From a virus: a DNA stretch of 64,000 bases. Positions 1-9,318 of this stretch are shown one piece after another. The DNA lies in IMG/VR virus record IMGVR_UViG_3300020193_000009, positions 16,669-80,668 of that record; one strand, 5' to 3'. Below the pieces are notes generated by a model. That model saw only the letters and a list, made by a program, of their open reading frames with translations. It made no database searches and was not told the origin of the DNA. The position numbers were made by a program, and so were the translations under genes. The number at the start of each line of letters is the position of its first letter. Within the stretch, counting starts at the first letter, position 1.

Positions 1-1469
1 TTCTGAATCTTGAAATTTAAACCTTGCAAATATGGTAGATCAGATATCTTAACTTTGATATCACGACTACCTTTCTTCACATTGAGCACTTTTGCCTTGT
101 AGTTTTTAACCATCAACTCTCCGATTCTTTTATCTGCTAGGTCTCTAAAATCTGGATGACTATCACTCATACCTGTTGAGTAATGATCAAATTCATGAAC
201 TAATGTACCAACAATGCCTTCAATTGATGAAGTTTTAGCGTGAGACTTTGTTATCAAAATTTGTCTTTGAGAAATAGGTTGTCTTGAATTTATGGTAAGA
301 CCAAGAATTTCTACAGAGTTTGGTGAAAATAAAGCAACTTTCTTTTCCATATCAATAAATTCAGGGATGTAGTCGCCAACTATCTTCATTGCTTGTACAA
401 AATTTGGGTATTCTTCATAATCATAAGACAAATCATATGATAGTTCTTGACCAGCAATTACAGCAAGTGTTTTTACACCGGCAGATTTTAAGATCATATA
501 AAGATTATCTGATTTACACCTAATTGGCACATAATCAAGTTCTTTTACTTTCCTATCAACTCCGGGGATAGTATACTCTAATAAACCCAGCAATACTGCT
601 TTTTCACCAAACTTATTGGTGAATCTTTCTTGCCACATTTTACTTGCCTTAAGATATTCAAATGCTGTACTTGGAAATGACCAAAACTCAGTAGAATTTG
701 AATCATATGGATTATCTCCAATTGTGTTTTGTAACACTTCATCAATTGCTTCTTTATTAGTCATTGAAACAATTGCTCTAGCAATATCATATTGAAGACC
801 GTAATAGTTTGCAAGTTTTCGTTCTTCATTCAACTTAGCAGACTTTACATTGTAATGAAAATAGCTTGTTTCTTGTTCATCTTCATGAACTAATACACTC
901 TTGCAATATATAGCCAAATTCCCGTAGTTATTTTTTAAGATGGAAATATCATCATCGAAGCGATGAAAAACTGGAGTGTTGTCACAATAATAATATTCAT
1001 GTCTTGAAGCAATACTTCTCATTTCAGGAGTTGCTGAAATAAATACAGAAAACTCTCCATAATGATGTTTAGCTTCTCTTACAATTTCAAAACCCCAATC
1101 TGATGGAGTTATGGCGCTGTCTTTAGCATTGCTAACAACTTCTCGATAAATTTGCCATTCAGACTCCCAAGAAAGTCTGCCAGCATCAACCGTAAATGAA
1201 GATGGAATTTTGTTTATTCCATAGTCGTAATGAATGACTTCAATACCTTTAATATTAACTGGGGTGTATCGTAGTTCATACAACCCATCTTCATCTTCAC
1301 CAAAAATTGCAAAATCAATTTCTTTTCTCAGTGCTAGAATTGGTGCATATTTAATACCGGAACCAAATTGACCAATTGTTTCATCATCATCACGCTTAGT
1401 AGATAGACCAAGATATTGCAAATGCAGCCTGTTTACTCCATCTGATTTATTCCATACCCTGATATACAT
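1..1469 (-). CDS. GHKL (Hsp90/MutL-like) ATPase with permuted motif order plus C-terminal HExxH motif; 3' end runs off the window
   Basis: Not in the ORF track; translated by hand from ATG 1469 (AAGGAG RBS), open to base 1. Contains LGLSTKRDDDETIGQFGSGIKYA, then WQIYREVVSNAKDS, and GTLVHEFDHY (HEFDH at 183-197). Confidence 0.75.
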   Translation of the reverse strand, partial: MYIRVWNKSDGVNRLHLQYLGLSTKRDDDETIGQFGSGIKYAPILALRKEIDFAIFGEDEDGLYELRYTPVNIKGIEVIHYDYGINKIPSSFTVDAGRLSWESEWQIYREVVSNAKDSAITPSDWGFEIVREAKHHYGEFSVFISATPEMRSIASRHEYYYCDNTPVFHRFDDDISILKNNYGNLAIYCKSVLVHEDEQETSYFHYNVKSAKLNEERKLANYYGLQYDIARAIVSMTNKEAIDEVLQNTIGDNPYDSNSTEFWSFPSTAFEYLKASKMWQERFTNKFGEKAVLLGLLEYTIPGVDRKVKELDYVPIRCKSDNLYMILKSAGVKTLAVIAGQELSYDLSYDYEEYPNFVQAMKIVGDYIPEFIDMEKKVALFSPNSVEILGLTINSRQPISQRQILITKSHAKTSSIEGIVGTLVHEFDHYSTGMSDSHPDFRDLADKRIGELMVKNYKAKVLNVKKGSRDIKVKISDLPYLQGLNFKIQ

Positions 1470-1478
1470 ATATCTCCT

Positions 1479-2369
1479 TTAGTTGAGTATTTTTTGATTT
1501 ACTGCATTAATAAATTCATCACGAACATAAGCTTTTACATTATCAGAAAGCTCAAGTTTGTTAATAAAATCTCGTACATCTGCAACACTTAATTTTGGAT
1601 CAAAGCCATCAACTTCTCTTCCATCAACTAAATGTGCATCAACTACATCTTCTTTTGGTTTAAGGTATTCATCTCTGTTGGCAAGATACTTCTGCTTTTC
1701 TTCTTCAATAACTTTCTTAGTGACATTCTCAGATACAGTAGTTATCAGTTTAACAAGATCAATAACCATTGTATCTAAACGTGGAAATTTTATCAGATCA
1801 ACACTGCCTTCTTGAATCTTGTCCAAATGCAATGAAATATCTGAATTAACAGTATGGCAAATAGCATTCCAAACTGATTTACCAAGTGAACAAAGATTTG
1901 CTGGATTTTGACCTTGATATGAATCAAGTTGATTTTCAATCCATTCTTCTGTTACTTCAGAATCTTGTGCATTGGTAATTGCATTATTAACATCGCTTTC
2001 AATTGTATCCCATACATTATCTGAATTAAGATAGTCAGACATTTTATCTTCAATTTGGTATGCAACTACACTTTCAACATTGTCTTTAACCAGTAATTCA
2101 ACATCATCTGAAATAGATTCCTTCATTTGCTCATAGACAACATCAATGAATTTCTCGTCTTTTGCCAAAGCATCTATAGCTACTTTTACTGGGACTGTGA
2201 GAGTAACTATGTGAGCAAATTCTTTGTCTAGATTGTCAATTACTTGCATTTCGTTTTCCATTTTATTCTCCTCTTGGTGTTTTATTGTAGTTGTAATTAC
2301 ATTTCCAGCAGCCTCTGTTCTTTCAAGATGCTCTGTTTGTTTCATATCATAGGTATCTCTACTTGTCAT
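1479..2369 (-). CDS. acidic hypothetical protein
   Basis: Track ORF 1479..2396. In-frame ATGs with AGGAG RBS at 2369 and at 2261 (MENEMQ), so the start is uncertain. Confidence 0.65.
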   Translation of the reverse strand: MTSRDTYDMKQTEHLERTEAAGNVITTTIKHQEENKMENEMQVIDNLDKEFAHIVTLTVPVKVAIDALAKDEKFIDVVYEQMKESISDDVELLVKDNVESVVAYQIEDKMSDYLNSDNVWDTIESDVNNAITNAQDSEVTEEWIENQLDSYQGQNPANLCSLGKSVWNAICHTVNSDISLHLDKIQEGSVDLIKFPRLDTMVIDLVKLITTVSENVTKKVIEEEKQKYLANRDEYLKPKEDVVDAHLVDGREVDGFDPKLSVADVRDFINKLELSDNVKAYVRDEFINAVNQKILN

Positions 2370-2392
2370 TTTTTCTCCTGTCTCAAGAAACA

Positions 2393-2866
2393 TCACCTAT
2401 AAGCATGACCATACATATCATAAAACCAATTAGCATATTCATACATATTTGAGTTTTCTGGGACTATCATTGATGCACCATCAAACCAATCTTGGTAATG
2501 ATACACAACGTTATCAATATCTTCTTCGTCAGGATATCCTGACAAGAATATCTCAATAAAATCAGCTGGACCACCCCAACTAAATTGAACTTTAATTACT
2601 CTGTGACAAGATACGCCAATTGGGAACTCGTCAAGACTAGTTTCTGTATACTCGTGATTTTTATGTTGCTCTTCAATAAATTTACTTACTTCATCTTCAG
2701 TTGGCTCTTCGCCAGATGAAGTAGTTACTTTTTCGATAAACTCTTCAACTAACTCTCGAAGTTGTTCATCAAATTCTCCGTTAACCATTGCTGTCATTTC
2801 TTTAATCATTTGGTCGCGGGATTCAAACTTTTCTTGAATCAGTTCTAGACAAGTTTTTTTTTCCAT
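2393..2866 (-). CDS. hypothetical phage protein (SWGGP motif)
   Basis: 157-aa ORF, AAGGAG RBS, tightly packed with neighbours. Confidence 0.7.
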   Translation of the reverse strand: MEKKTCLELIQEKFESRDQMIKEMTAMVNGEFDEQLRELVEEFIEKVTTSSGEEPTEDEVSKFIEEQHKNHEYTETSLDEFPIGVSCHRVIKVQFSWGGPADFIEIFLSGYPDEEDIDNVVYHYQDWFDGASMIVPENSNMYEYANWFYDMYGHAYR

Positions 2867-2885
2867 AAACTCTCCTTAATTTGCA

Positions 2886-3851
2886 TTAACCTTTTTGAGT
2901 CCATACTTGTTGAGCAAGTAAATTCATTGGGAAATCGGTAAGGCGATTAGTCTTCAATTTCACATTGTATCTACTAACAATAAGATATGGCAATGAAGTG
3001 AAAGTAACTACTTGACCACTACTAATCATTGCTTGTGCTTGAGCAATCACTAATGAAGGGTTGCCAATCTTTGCCAATACTTCTGACAATCGTTGTTGAT
3101 CAACTTTCTTACCGTATCTGTTAAATATACAGGCAACAGCAGAAATCATTTGATCACGAAACATTTCATTGTTATTTGGATACGCAGCTTTTAGCGTCTG
3201 TAGTGTCTTTAGCAATACGGTTGCGCCGGCATTGTCATACACTTTACGCAATGTTGCAACACAACGAACATTATCTGGACCAGGGGCAAAATGAATTTTT
3301 GCTCCGACTTTCTCGACAATTTCATTGATAGCAATTGCTGATTTGTCTCCAGCAACAATACCAGCTTTAAAGATTTGCGCCGGCGTTGGCTTTGTATGTT
3401 CTTTATTAGTCAGAGCAAAGATGTGTGCTTCATCTTCAATTGATAGACCAAAGTAAACAAGTGCGTTTACATTTGCGTCTTTCATTCCCATAGCAATAAG
3501 CGAGTGATACCTATGGCTACCGTCAATGATTGCCAATGTGTTATCATCACGCATTGAGACTGTGATTACACCAAGCAAATCTGGGTTAAAATTCTTTGTG
3601 ATACGGTTGATTTTTGCCTTCAACGGCTGTCGTTGATAGGTATAATCAACAAACATATCAGAAATTTTGATCAAAGACGACATCTTTGAGATGTGTCCAA
3701 CATCAAAGTTTGCACCAAGAGATTCGTGTTTAGTAGCAATTGCTACTTTCAAATCTTTGTTTACTTGTTTTGTGGTTAATTGCTTGGATGTAGTTTTGTT
3801 TTTCACTACTGTCTCCTTGTTGTTTAATTTGGATAATTGCTTATTTTTCAT
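2886..3851 (-). CDS. ParB/Srx-like N-terminal domain protein
   Basis: VDYTYQR...GVITVSMR...IIDGSHR pattern of ParB/Srx domains. Start may be GTG 3806 (AAGGAG upstream). Confidence 0.75.
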   Translation of the reverse strand: MKNKQLSKLNNKETVVKNKTTSKQLTTKQVNKDLKVAIATKHESLGANFDVGHISKMSSLIKISDMFVDYTYQRQPLKAKINRITKNFNPDLLGVITVSMRDDNTLAIIDGSHRYHSLIAMGMKDANVNALVYFGLSIEDEAHIFALTNKEHTKPTPAQIFKAGIVAGDKSAIAINEIVEKVGAKIHFAPGPDNVRCVATLRKVYDNAGATVLLKTLQTLKAAYPNNNEMFRDQMISAVACIFNRYGKKVDQQRLSEVLAKIGNPSLVIAQAQAMISSGQVVTFTSLPYLIVSRYNVKLKTNRLTDFPMNLLAQQVWTQKG

Positions 3852-3853
3852 GA

Positions 3854-4063
3854 TTAGCCTCCTAGGTTAATCTTATCTCTTTCGGCAATTTTTCTGCCGT
3901 GGTTGTATTCTTCTATAACATTTACTTTTAAAGTTTCTAAAAAGTATTCTTGTAAATCAAGATTGGGTGGATTGTTTACATTATTCATACAATCATTGTA
4001 TCCAATAGCAAACCAATACTTTGCTGTATAAGAAACACCTTTAGATTTAACACTATATGCCAT
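3854..4063 (-). CDS. hypothetical protein
   Basis: 69-aa ORF, TAATG overlap with the upstream gene. Confidence 0.6.
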   Translation of the reverse strand: MAYSVKSKGVSYTAKYWFAIGYNDCMNNVNNPPNLDLQEYFLETLKVNVIEEYNHGRKIAERDKINLGG

Positions 4064-4413
4064 TAGAGTTCATTTTTCTGAAGTTTATATTTAATCATAT
4101 GCATAGTCTTATTTACCACTTTAGAAGCAACAGATTTATAATCTTCTTGTCTAAATAAACTGCGTAAAGTACCACGTTCTCTTGAAGTGAAACCACCCCA
4201 TACTCCAAATTTAATATCTTCATTTAGAGCATAAGTTAAGCATTGTTCAATAACAGGGCATTCTTTACAATAAGCTTTTGCTTTGTCTGTTTCTTTCTTT
4301 ATATTTCTATTTTCTTCATCTGATTCAAAGTAAAATACATCAATAGGTACGCCTTTACAGGCTGCCCTATCGCGCCATATTTCTTTAATTGGACTAAATA
4401 ATTTACGATTCAT
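4063..4413 (-). CDS. whiB: WhiB-family transcription factor
   Basis: WRDRAACKG...CKECPVIEQC...GVWGG: four Cys plus the GVWGG turn. Confidence 0.92.
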   Translation of the reverse strand: MNRKLFSPIKEIWRDRAACKGVPIDVFYFESDEENRNIKKETDKAKAYCKECPVIEQCLTYALNEDIKFGVWGGFTSRERGTLRSLFRQEDYKSVASKVVNKTMHMIKYKLQKNEL

Positions 4414-4771
4414 AGTACGGAATAACTGGCTTTTCTACTAGTGGATTAAGTAATGTTTGCTCGTAAGATTCATAATACTTTTCAAGTGGCAAACCAATTG
4501 CTTTTAGTGAAGAAATTAGATGTGAGATGTGCGATGACATTGCAATAATAACATTCACCGCTTTGTTAACATCTACTTCTCCATCTTCTCCACAACACAA
4601 ATTGATTAGTTCAAGACCATAAACTGTCCTGCCTTGTGATGTATCATAGTTTGTAGATTTAAACAGATTAGTTACCTGTTGTAATGTATTGACGAAATCT
4701 GTCTCGTCAGACATTCCATCAGGAATTTTGTTTTCTACGTTTGCATTTTCTATGTCTTTTTTGTTGTACAT
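4403..4771 (-). CDS. hypothetical protein
   Basis: Track ORF; probable start ATG 4771 after TAAGGA. Confidence 0.6.
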   Translation of the reverse strand: MYNKKDIENANVENKIPDGMSDETDFVNTLQQVTNLFKSTNYDTSQGRTVYGLELINLCCGEDGEVDVNKAVNVIIAMSSHISHLISSLKAIGLPLEKYYESYEQTLLNPLVEKPVIPYYES

Positions 4772-4778
4772 ATTTTCC

Positions 4779-5282
4779 TTAATACCAAATTGATGAACCA
4801 TCGGCGCTTTTTGATACAAAATTTAACCACCAAGCAGCGTATATCCAATCGGCAATTAATTCTTGTGGATCACAATCTTCTTCTTTTGATGCATAAGCGT
4901 ATGCCTGCTCAGCAAATTTTTCTGCATTATCTTTCATCCATTTTGACATTTCTGAACAATATTCTGCTGACATACCTTCTTTCCCATCTTCAAATCCTTC
5001 ACCATAAAAGTGATATGTTGTATTTTCATATGCATCAAAATCACCATTTTCAAGCAAAGAAATTAAAGCATTTCCATACTTTCCGCGATACCAACAACCA
5101 GTTCCAAGCATTCCGTATGATGGTTTTGATTTAGATACCATTGGATCTAAATTAAACTCAATATGCCAAGGACAATTGTTTTTAGCAATTGTTTCATCGC
5201 AATCTATTCTCCCATCTTCAGAATATATAACAGTTCCGGCTTTTACACACGGATATTCGTGTGGTATATTATCTAACCCCAC
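4779..5282 (-). CDS. hypothetical phage protein (MGLD- N-terminus)
   Basis: Track ORF 4779..5474; likely start GTG 5282 (GAGGAG upstream), which avoids a long overlap with the next gene. Confidence 0.6.
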   Translation of the reverse strand: MGLDNIPHEYPCVKAGTVIYSEDGRIDCDETIAKNNCPWHIEFNLDPMVSKSKPSYGMLGTGCWYRGKYGNALISLLENGDFDAYENTTYHFYGEGFEDGKEGMSAEYCSEMSKWMKDNAEKFAEQAYAYASKEEDCDPQELIADWIYAAWWLNFVSKSADGSSIWY

Positions 5283-5640
5283 AACCTTGTTTCTCCTCTC
5301 TTGCTTTTTGTTTTCTAGCTCTTCTTCTTTCATTATTTTTAGCTTTGTATTGCTTTTGCCTTGAAATATTAATAGTTTTTTCCCACTTAGGAGTCTTAAC
5401 AATTTTTTTGTCTCTAAATTTAGACTCAATCCATTTATTGTGGGCAGTAAAGGCATACTTTTCATCGTGTTCAAATAGCATCTTTACCGATAGAATATCT
5501 ACATTTTTGTAATGATACTCAAGACCACTTTGATATTCAACTACTAACTTACCAATGTTACTAGATGTATTGTAATCAAATTTTGCTTTATTGATAACAA
5601 TGTCATCAAATACTTTACTTATCTTTTTTCTGTTACTCAT
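5269..5640 (-). CDS. KTSC-like domain protein
   Basis: Start ATG 5640 (GGAG RBS); FDY...LVVEYQSGLEYHYKNVD...HNKWI resembles the KTSC pattern; basic C-terminal tail. Confidence 0.45.
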   Translation of the reverse strand: MSNRKKISKVFDDIVINKAKFDYNTSSNIGKLVVEYQSGLEYHYKNVDILSVKMLFEHDEKYAFTAHNKWIESKFRDKKIVKTPKWEKTINISRQKQYKAKNNERRRARKQKAREEKQGCGVR

Positions 5641-6055
5641 AATCTTCTCCAAATTGTGCTTCCATTTCCATAAAATCTTCTTCATCAGCCACAGGATAAT
5701 TTTCCAATTTATCTTGCCAGAACATTGCTGATTTAAAAGCTTCAGTAATATTATCAATTACTACACCAGATTCTTTATCTTTCAGCACACGGCATAATAG
5801 TCTATCAATACTACCGACAGCCCAATGCCTGTATGTTTCTATTCGGAAATCATCTGGGAATCTCTCCATTAGGTCTGAGGAAATTACTTTAAAATTTGAC
5901 AACTCAAGAGCATCTGAATCTCTGGTTTTATCAAATCCACAAAATCCCCAAGTTACAAATGTATCTTCTGGACCCCAATACCCAAAGTCTTCTGGCTTTT
6001 CAATTGCATCACCAGCACACTTTAAAAGATTTTCCGAATAAATAAATTTAGTCAT
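5633..6055 (-). CDS. hypothetical phage protein
   Basis: 140-aa ORF, GGAG RBS, overlaps both neighbours. Confidence 0.7.
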   Translation of the reverse strand: MTKFIYSENLLKCAGDAIEKPEDFGYWGPEDTFVTWGFCGFDKTRDSDALELSNFKVISSDLMERFPDDFRIETYRHWAVGSIDRLLCRVLKDKESGVVIDNITEAFKSAMFWQDKLENYPVADEEDFMEMEAQFGEDYE

Positions 6056-6512
6056 TTGATCTCCAGTTTTCCATAAACTCTGTAAATGCTACTTGCAATG
6101 AACCTCTGGCAGTCATATAATTAAATACATCTTCACCTTCACCAGCAATTGATAGCATAGAGGCATATTGAATTGCTGTATTACCAACTAATGTCATTTT
6201 AACTCTTTTTCTATCAGGATGTTCAGATGGTGGTAAATGGCTATTTTCATCATTGTCGTTATTAGGCGCAGCCCAACCAGCAGTCAATACGGCAAGTAAA
6301 TTGTATTCATTTAACTTGATCGCCTTAATTGTTCTTTTGCTACTTAGCAATTTGTAAATATCACCATTTGAATTAACAGTTTCGTATTGAACACCTTCAT
6401 CTGACATTTTAATGCCAACTAGTGTTGCAGCTTTTACTTCTCTGTATTTATCTACATCTGTATGAATATTTCTTACAATTTGTTCAAATAGCTCTTCTGG
6501 ATAAATTTCCAT
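6048..6512 (-). CDS. hypothetical protein
   Basis: 154-aa ORF, AGGAG RBS. Confidence 0.7.
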   Translation of the reverse strand: MEIYPEELFEQIVRNIHTDVDKYREVKAATLVGIKMSDEGVQYETVNSNGDIYKLLSSKRTIKAIKLNEYNLLAVLTAGWAAPNNDNDENSHLPPSEHPDRKRVKMTLVGNTAIQYASMLSIAGEGEDVFNYMTARGSLQVAFTEFMENWRSND

Positions 6513-6533
6513 TGTTTTCTCCTGTTTTGTTGT

Positions 6534-6884
6534 TTATTTGTATAACATTTCATTAGTTTTATCACTTGCCCATCTAAAAGCATCATCTTCTGATGTTTCA
6601 CCAAAAAATTGCTCACACCTTACTTCATTTATTTCTTCGCGCCATACTTCGGCATAGGCAAACATTCCACCGTATGTACGATTTTGTTTTGGATCATATC
6701 CACTAGATGTCCAGATATAAACAGTTACAATTTTATTTGTAAATGACTCAAATGGGCTATCTTCTTTTTGAAAATCATATGTTTTGACCCAATCGTGTAA
6801 GACAGTCATACCTGTTTTATCTGCTTCATCAATATTAAACGATCTAAATTTCATTGGAAATGTTTTTATCTCTTCCATTACCAA
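6534..6884 (-). CDS. hypothetical protein
   Basis: 116-aa ORF, AGGAG upstream. Confidence 0.65.
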   Translation of the reverse strand: MVMEEIKTFPMKFRSFNIDEADKTGMTVLHDWVKTYDFQKEDSPFESFTNKIVTVYIWTSSGYDPKQNRTYGGMFAYAEVWREEINEVRCEQFFGETSEDDAFRWASDKTNEMLYK

Positions 6885-7246
6885 TCTCCTTTTTCTTGTC
6901 TAATTAAAATTTCAAAGTTATTCAACCATGCATCTACTGGTAATCTATCGTGAATAGTTTGCAATCTATCAATTAAAATTAAATCAACTTTCCAGTTTGG
7001 AAGTGATTTTTGCAAAGCTTCGACAATTGCTTTATTTGGACGCATATTTGCGTCTAATACTGTATTGCCTTCAAATTCTATATCATAAAAACTATCATCA
7101 ATAAGGCAACCAACTGCACATTTTGTACCGTCTGTTGTACGATAATTGCAAGAAATTGGTTGTTTTGGTTGTTTTTGATTTTTAAAAAAATCACGAACAT
7201 ATTCAATTACATCAATGTTTGTATGTAACTCATTTAATGTTTTCAT
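6878..7246 (-). CDS. hypothetical protein, tandem paralog A (CxYR...KCAxGxLIDD...QxIHD)
   Basis: Start ATG 7246 with GGAG; aligns end to end with 7296..7649. Confidence 0.75.
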   Translation of the reverse strand: MKTLNELHTNIDVIEYVRDFFKNQKQPKQPISCNYRTTDGTKCAVGCLIDDSFYDIEFEGNTVLDANMRPNKAIVEALQKSLPNWKVDLILIDRLQTIHDRLPVDAWLNNFEILIRQEKGDW

Positions 7247-7295
7247 ATTTTTCACTCCATTTATCATAATTGGGTATGTATTTGCTTTTGTCATA

Positions 7296-7649
7296 TTAGT
7301 ACGACACCATCAATCTACTAAATTTCCATTCCCATTCATTTGGTTGAAAATGATCGTGAATATTTTGAAATTCTTGCAATAACTCCATATCAATTTTCCA
7401 ATTTGGAACTGATTTTTCAACAGCACTATACACTCTACGGTCAGTTATTGTTTTATCTTCAAAAGATGTTTGATACCATTCATCATCTATAAGCCAACCA
7501 ATAGCGCACTTTAAATCGTAATCTTTACCACCACGATACTTACAGTTCCCATTATAGACTGATCGACTTTGTTTTCCTTGACTAATTAAGCGATCACGAA
7601 CATATTCAATAACCTGATGATTTGTTTTTAATTTACTCAGTGATTTCAT
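7296..7649 (-). CDS. hypothetical protein, tandem paralog B
   Basis: Start ATG 7649 with GGAG; shares VIEYVRD, KCAIGWLIDD, PNWKID and QNIHD with paralog A. Confidence 0.75.
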   Translation of the reverse strand: MKSLSKLKTNHQVIEYVRDRLISQGKQSRSVYNGNCKYRGGKDYDLKCAIGWLIDDEWYQTSFEDKTITDRRVYSAVEKSVPNWKIDMELLQEFQNIHDHFQPNEWEWKFSRLMVSY

Positions 7650-8109
7650 ATCTTCCACTCCATTTATCGTATTGATAAATATGATAATTAACAATTGCTT
7701 TTACGAATTTGGCATCTGGGGAAACAGATTTGTTATTTCGAATAAAGTTATTAACCCATTCAGAAAGTGTTCTAGTGCTGTGATTTGTTCCAAGACCAAT
7801 ATGACTTTTTACATCATTCATTGTCATAAACAAATCAAATGGCTTCCATTCGTCATTTTCATCTTTCTTCCACTCTTCCATAAATGATCGACCAGTAATT
7901 TCTTCAATTGCTTTAGAACGACCATAATATTCAGCAGCGTTGCTTTCTTTAATTTCACCAATGGCAACAGCACCACCCCAGAATATAAATGTTTTAGTTA
8001 CCGGTACTAAATCAAATACTTTGACTCCGCCTTCTAATCTTTCAATATAGGCAGAATCAATGTTGTCTTTATACATTGCAATTTCACCAATATTCCATGA
8101 TAATGGCAT
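7633..8109 (-). CDS. hypothetical protein
   Basis: 158-aa ORF, AAGGAG RBS. Confidence 0.7.
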   Translation of the reverse strand: MPLSWNIGEIAMYKDNIDSAYIERLEGGVKVFDLVPVTKTFIFWGGAVAIGEIKESNAAEYYGRSKAIEEITGRSFMEEWKKDENDEWKPFDLFMTMNDVKSHIGLGTNHSTRTLSEWVNNFIRNNKSVSPDAKFVKAIVNYHIYQYDKWSGRYEITE

Positions 8110-8312
8110 TATTCATCTCCTTGTGGTGTATTATTTTTATCGTATTCTTTTCTTGCTGCACTAATTTCTTCTTGAACAGGCATACCTAGTTCTTCAAGAA
8201 TAAAAATGATTTGGTCTAGGATTTCACCATCATTCATTTCTTCACCAGGTGTTGCTATTATTTTCATTATATGTAATAATGCAGATGATTCACTCATTGT
8301 CATTTTATTCAT
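8109..8312 (-). CDS. hypothetical protein
   Basis: 67-aa ORF, GGAGG upstream. Confidence 0.55.
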   Translation of the reverse strand: MNKMTMSESSALLHIMKIIATPGEEMNDGEILDQIIFILEELGMPVQEEISAARKEYDKNNTPQGDE

Positions 8313-8397
8313 CCTCCATTGTTAAACCTTTAATTGCTATTGCTACCATAATGCCGGCTATTGATAGAATCAATAACATTAAAACTGCTTCAAACAT
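8305..8397 (-). CDS. small single-pass membrane protein (30 aa)
   Basis: Hand-translated MFEAVLMLLILSIAGIMVAIAIKGLTMEDE; GGAG RBS; fills the gap between neighbours. Confidence 0.55.
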   Translation of the reverse strand: MFEAVLMLLILSIAGIMVAIAIKGLTMEDE

Positions 8398-8878
8398 TTT
8401 GTCTCCCATCTTCTATAAATCCGATTTCACCATATTTATCTTCAAAATTTGCTTTGGCTGATTCATAAACCCATTCAAATTGTGGATGGTCTTCTATTGG
8501 ACCATCAAATAAATGTAAATGTGCGTACTCTGTCATTCTATCAAATGTTTTTTCAATAAATCTTTCCATATATTCTTCAGACAAATCTTCAAAAGTATGG
8601 CAAGTTTTAAATGAAAACCCACACAACAATCGTATTTTATTTTGAACAACTTGATCTTTTCCATTGTCAAAATCATTGCTTGAATGCCAAGAATTATATT
8701 TAGCTTTACAAGCAGCAAGAAGTCTTTCTTTATCAACAAGAGATAAATTTACAGTATCTTTTAAAATACCTTCTTGTATCAAAAAATTTGCTCGCCATAC
8801 ACTGTTGTCATCTGAGTATTCAAATGTATGATCAAAAAGAACAATTCTTTCTTTGAGCTTTTCTAATGTAGATTCCAT
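8390..8878 (-). CDS. hypothetical protein
   Basis: 162-aa ORF, GAGG RBS. Confidence 0.65.
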   Translation of the reverse strand: MESTLEKLKERIVLFDHTFEYSDDNSVWRANFLIQEGILKDTVNLSLVDKERLLAACKAKYNSWHSSNDFDNGKDQVVQNKIRLLCGFSFKTCHTFEDLSEEYMERFIEKTFDRMTEYAHLHLFDGPIEDHPQFEWVYESAKANFEDKYGEIGFIEDGRQNV

Positions 8879-8880
8879 TA

Positions 8881-9288
8881 TTAATATCCCCTCGCTAGTT
8901 GGTTAAATGCTATTTCATCTGTTTTATCATTTTGAATTTCAAGACGCTTCTTTATCATAAAGAAGTAATCTTCTACCTTCATTAATTTATTCAATGATAC
9001 TTCATCCCATTGTTCCGGGAAATTGTTATCAATATCATACACAAGTTTGTGGTCTGGAATGTCTGAATTATAAACTATCTTGATACCTATATACCTACCA
9101 AAATCGTGGTCATTATATGTTTTTTTGAAGTCTAAACCAAGTGGGTATGCTTGTGGAAATGTTCGCTTCAATTGATCAATCAATACATTGGCTTCTAAAG
9201 TTGCCAGATTCCAATAATTTTCATGACCAATTTGTACACAAGGTTCATTAGAAGGAACTGTGTCAAATTCTAAATAATCGGTTGGCAT
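8881..9288 (-). CDS. hypothetical phage protein
   Basis: 135-aa ORF, AGGAG RBS. Confidence 0.7.
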   Translation of the reverse strand: MPTDYLEFDTVPSNEPCVQIGHENYWNLATLEANVLIDQLKRTFPQAYPLGLDFKKTYNDHDFGRYIGIKIVYNSDIPDHKLVYDIDNNFPEQWDEVSLNKLMKVEDYFFMIKKRLEIQNDKTDEIAFNQLARGY

Positions 9289-9318
9289 TATTTTTCTCCT
9301 GTTGTTGTTTATTGATAT

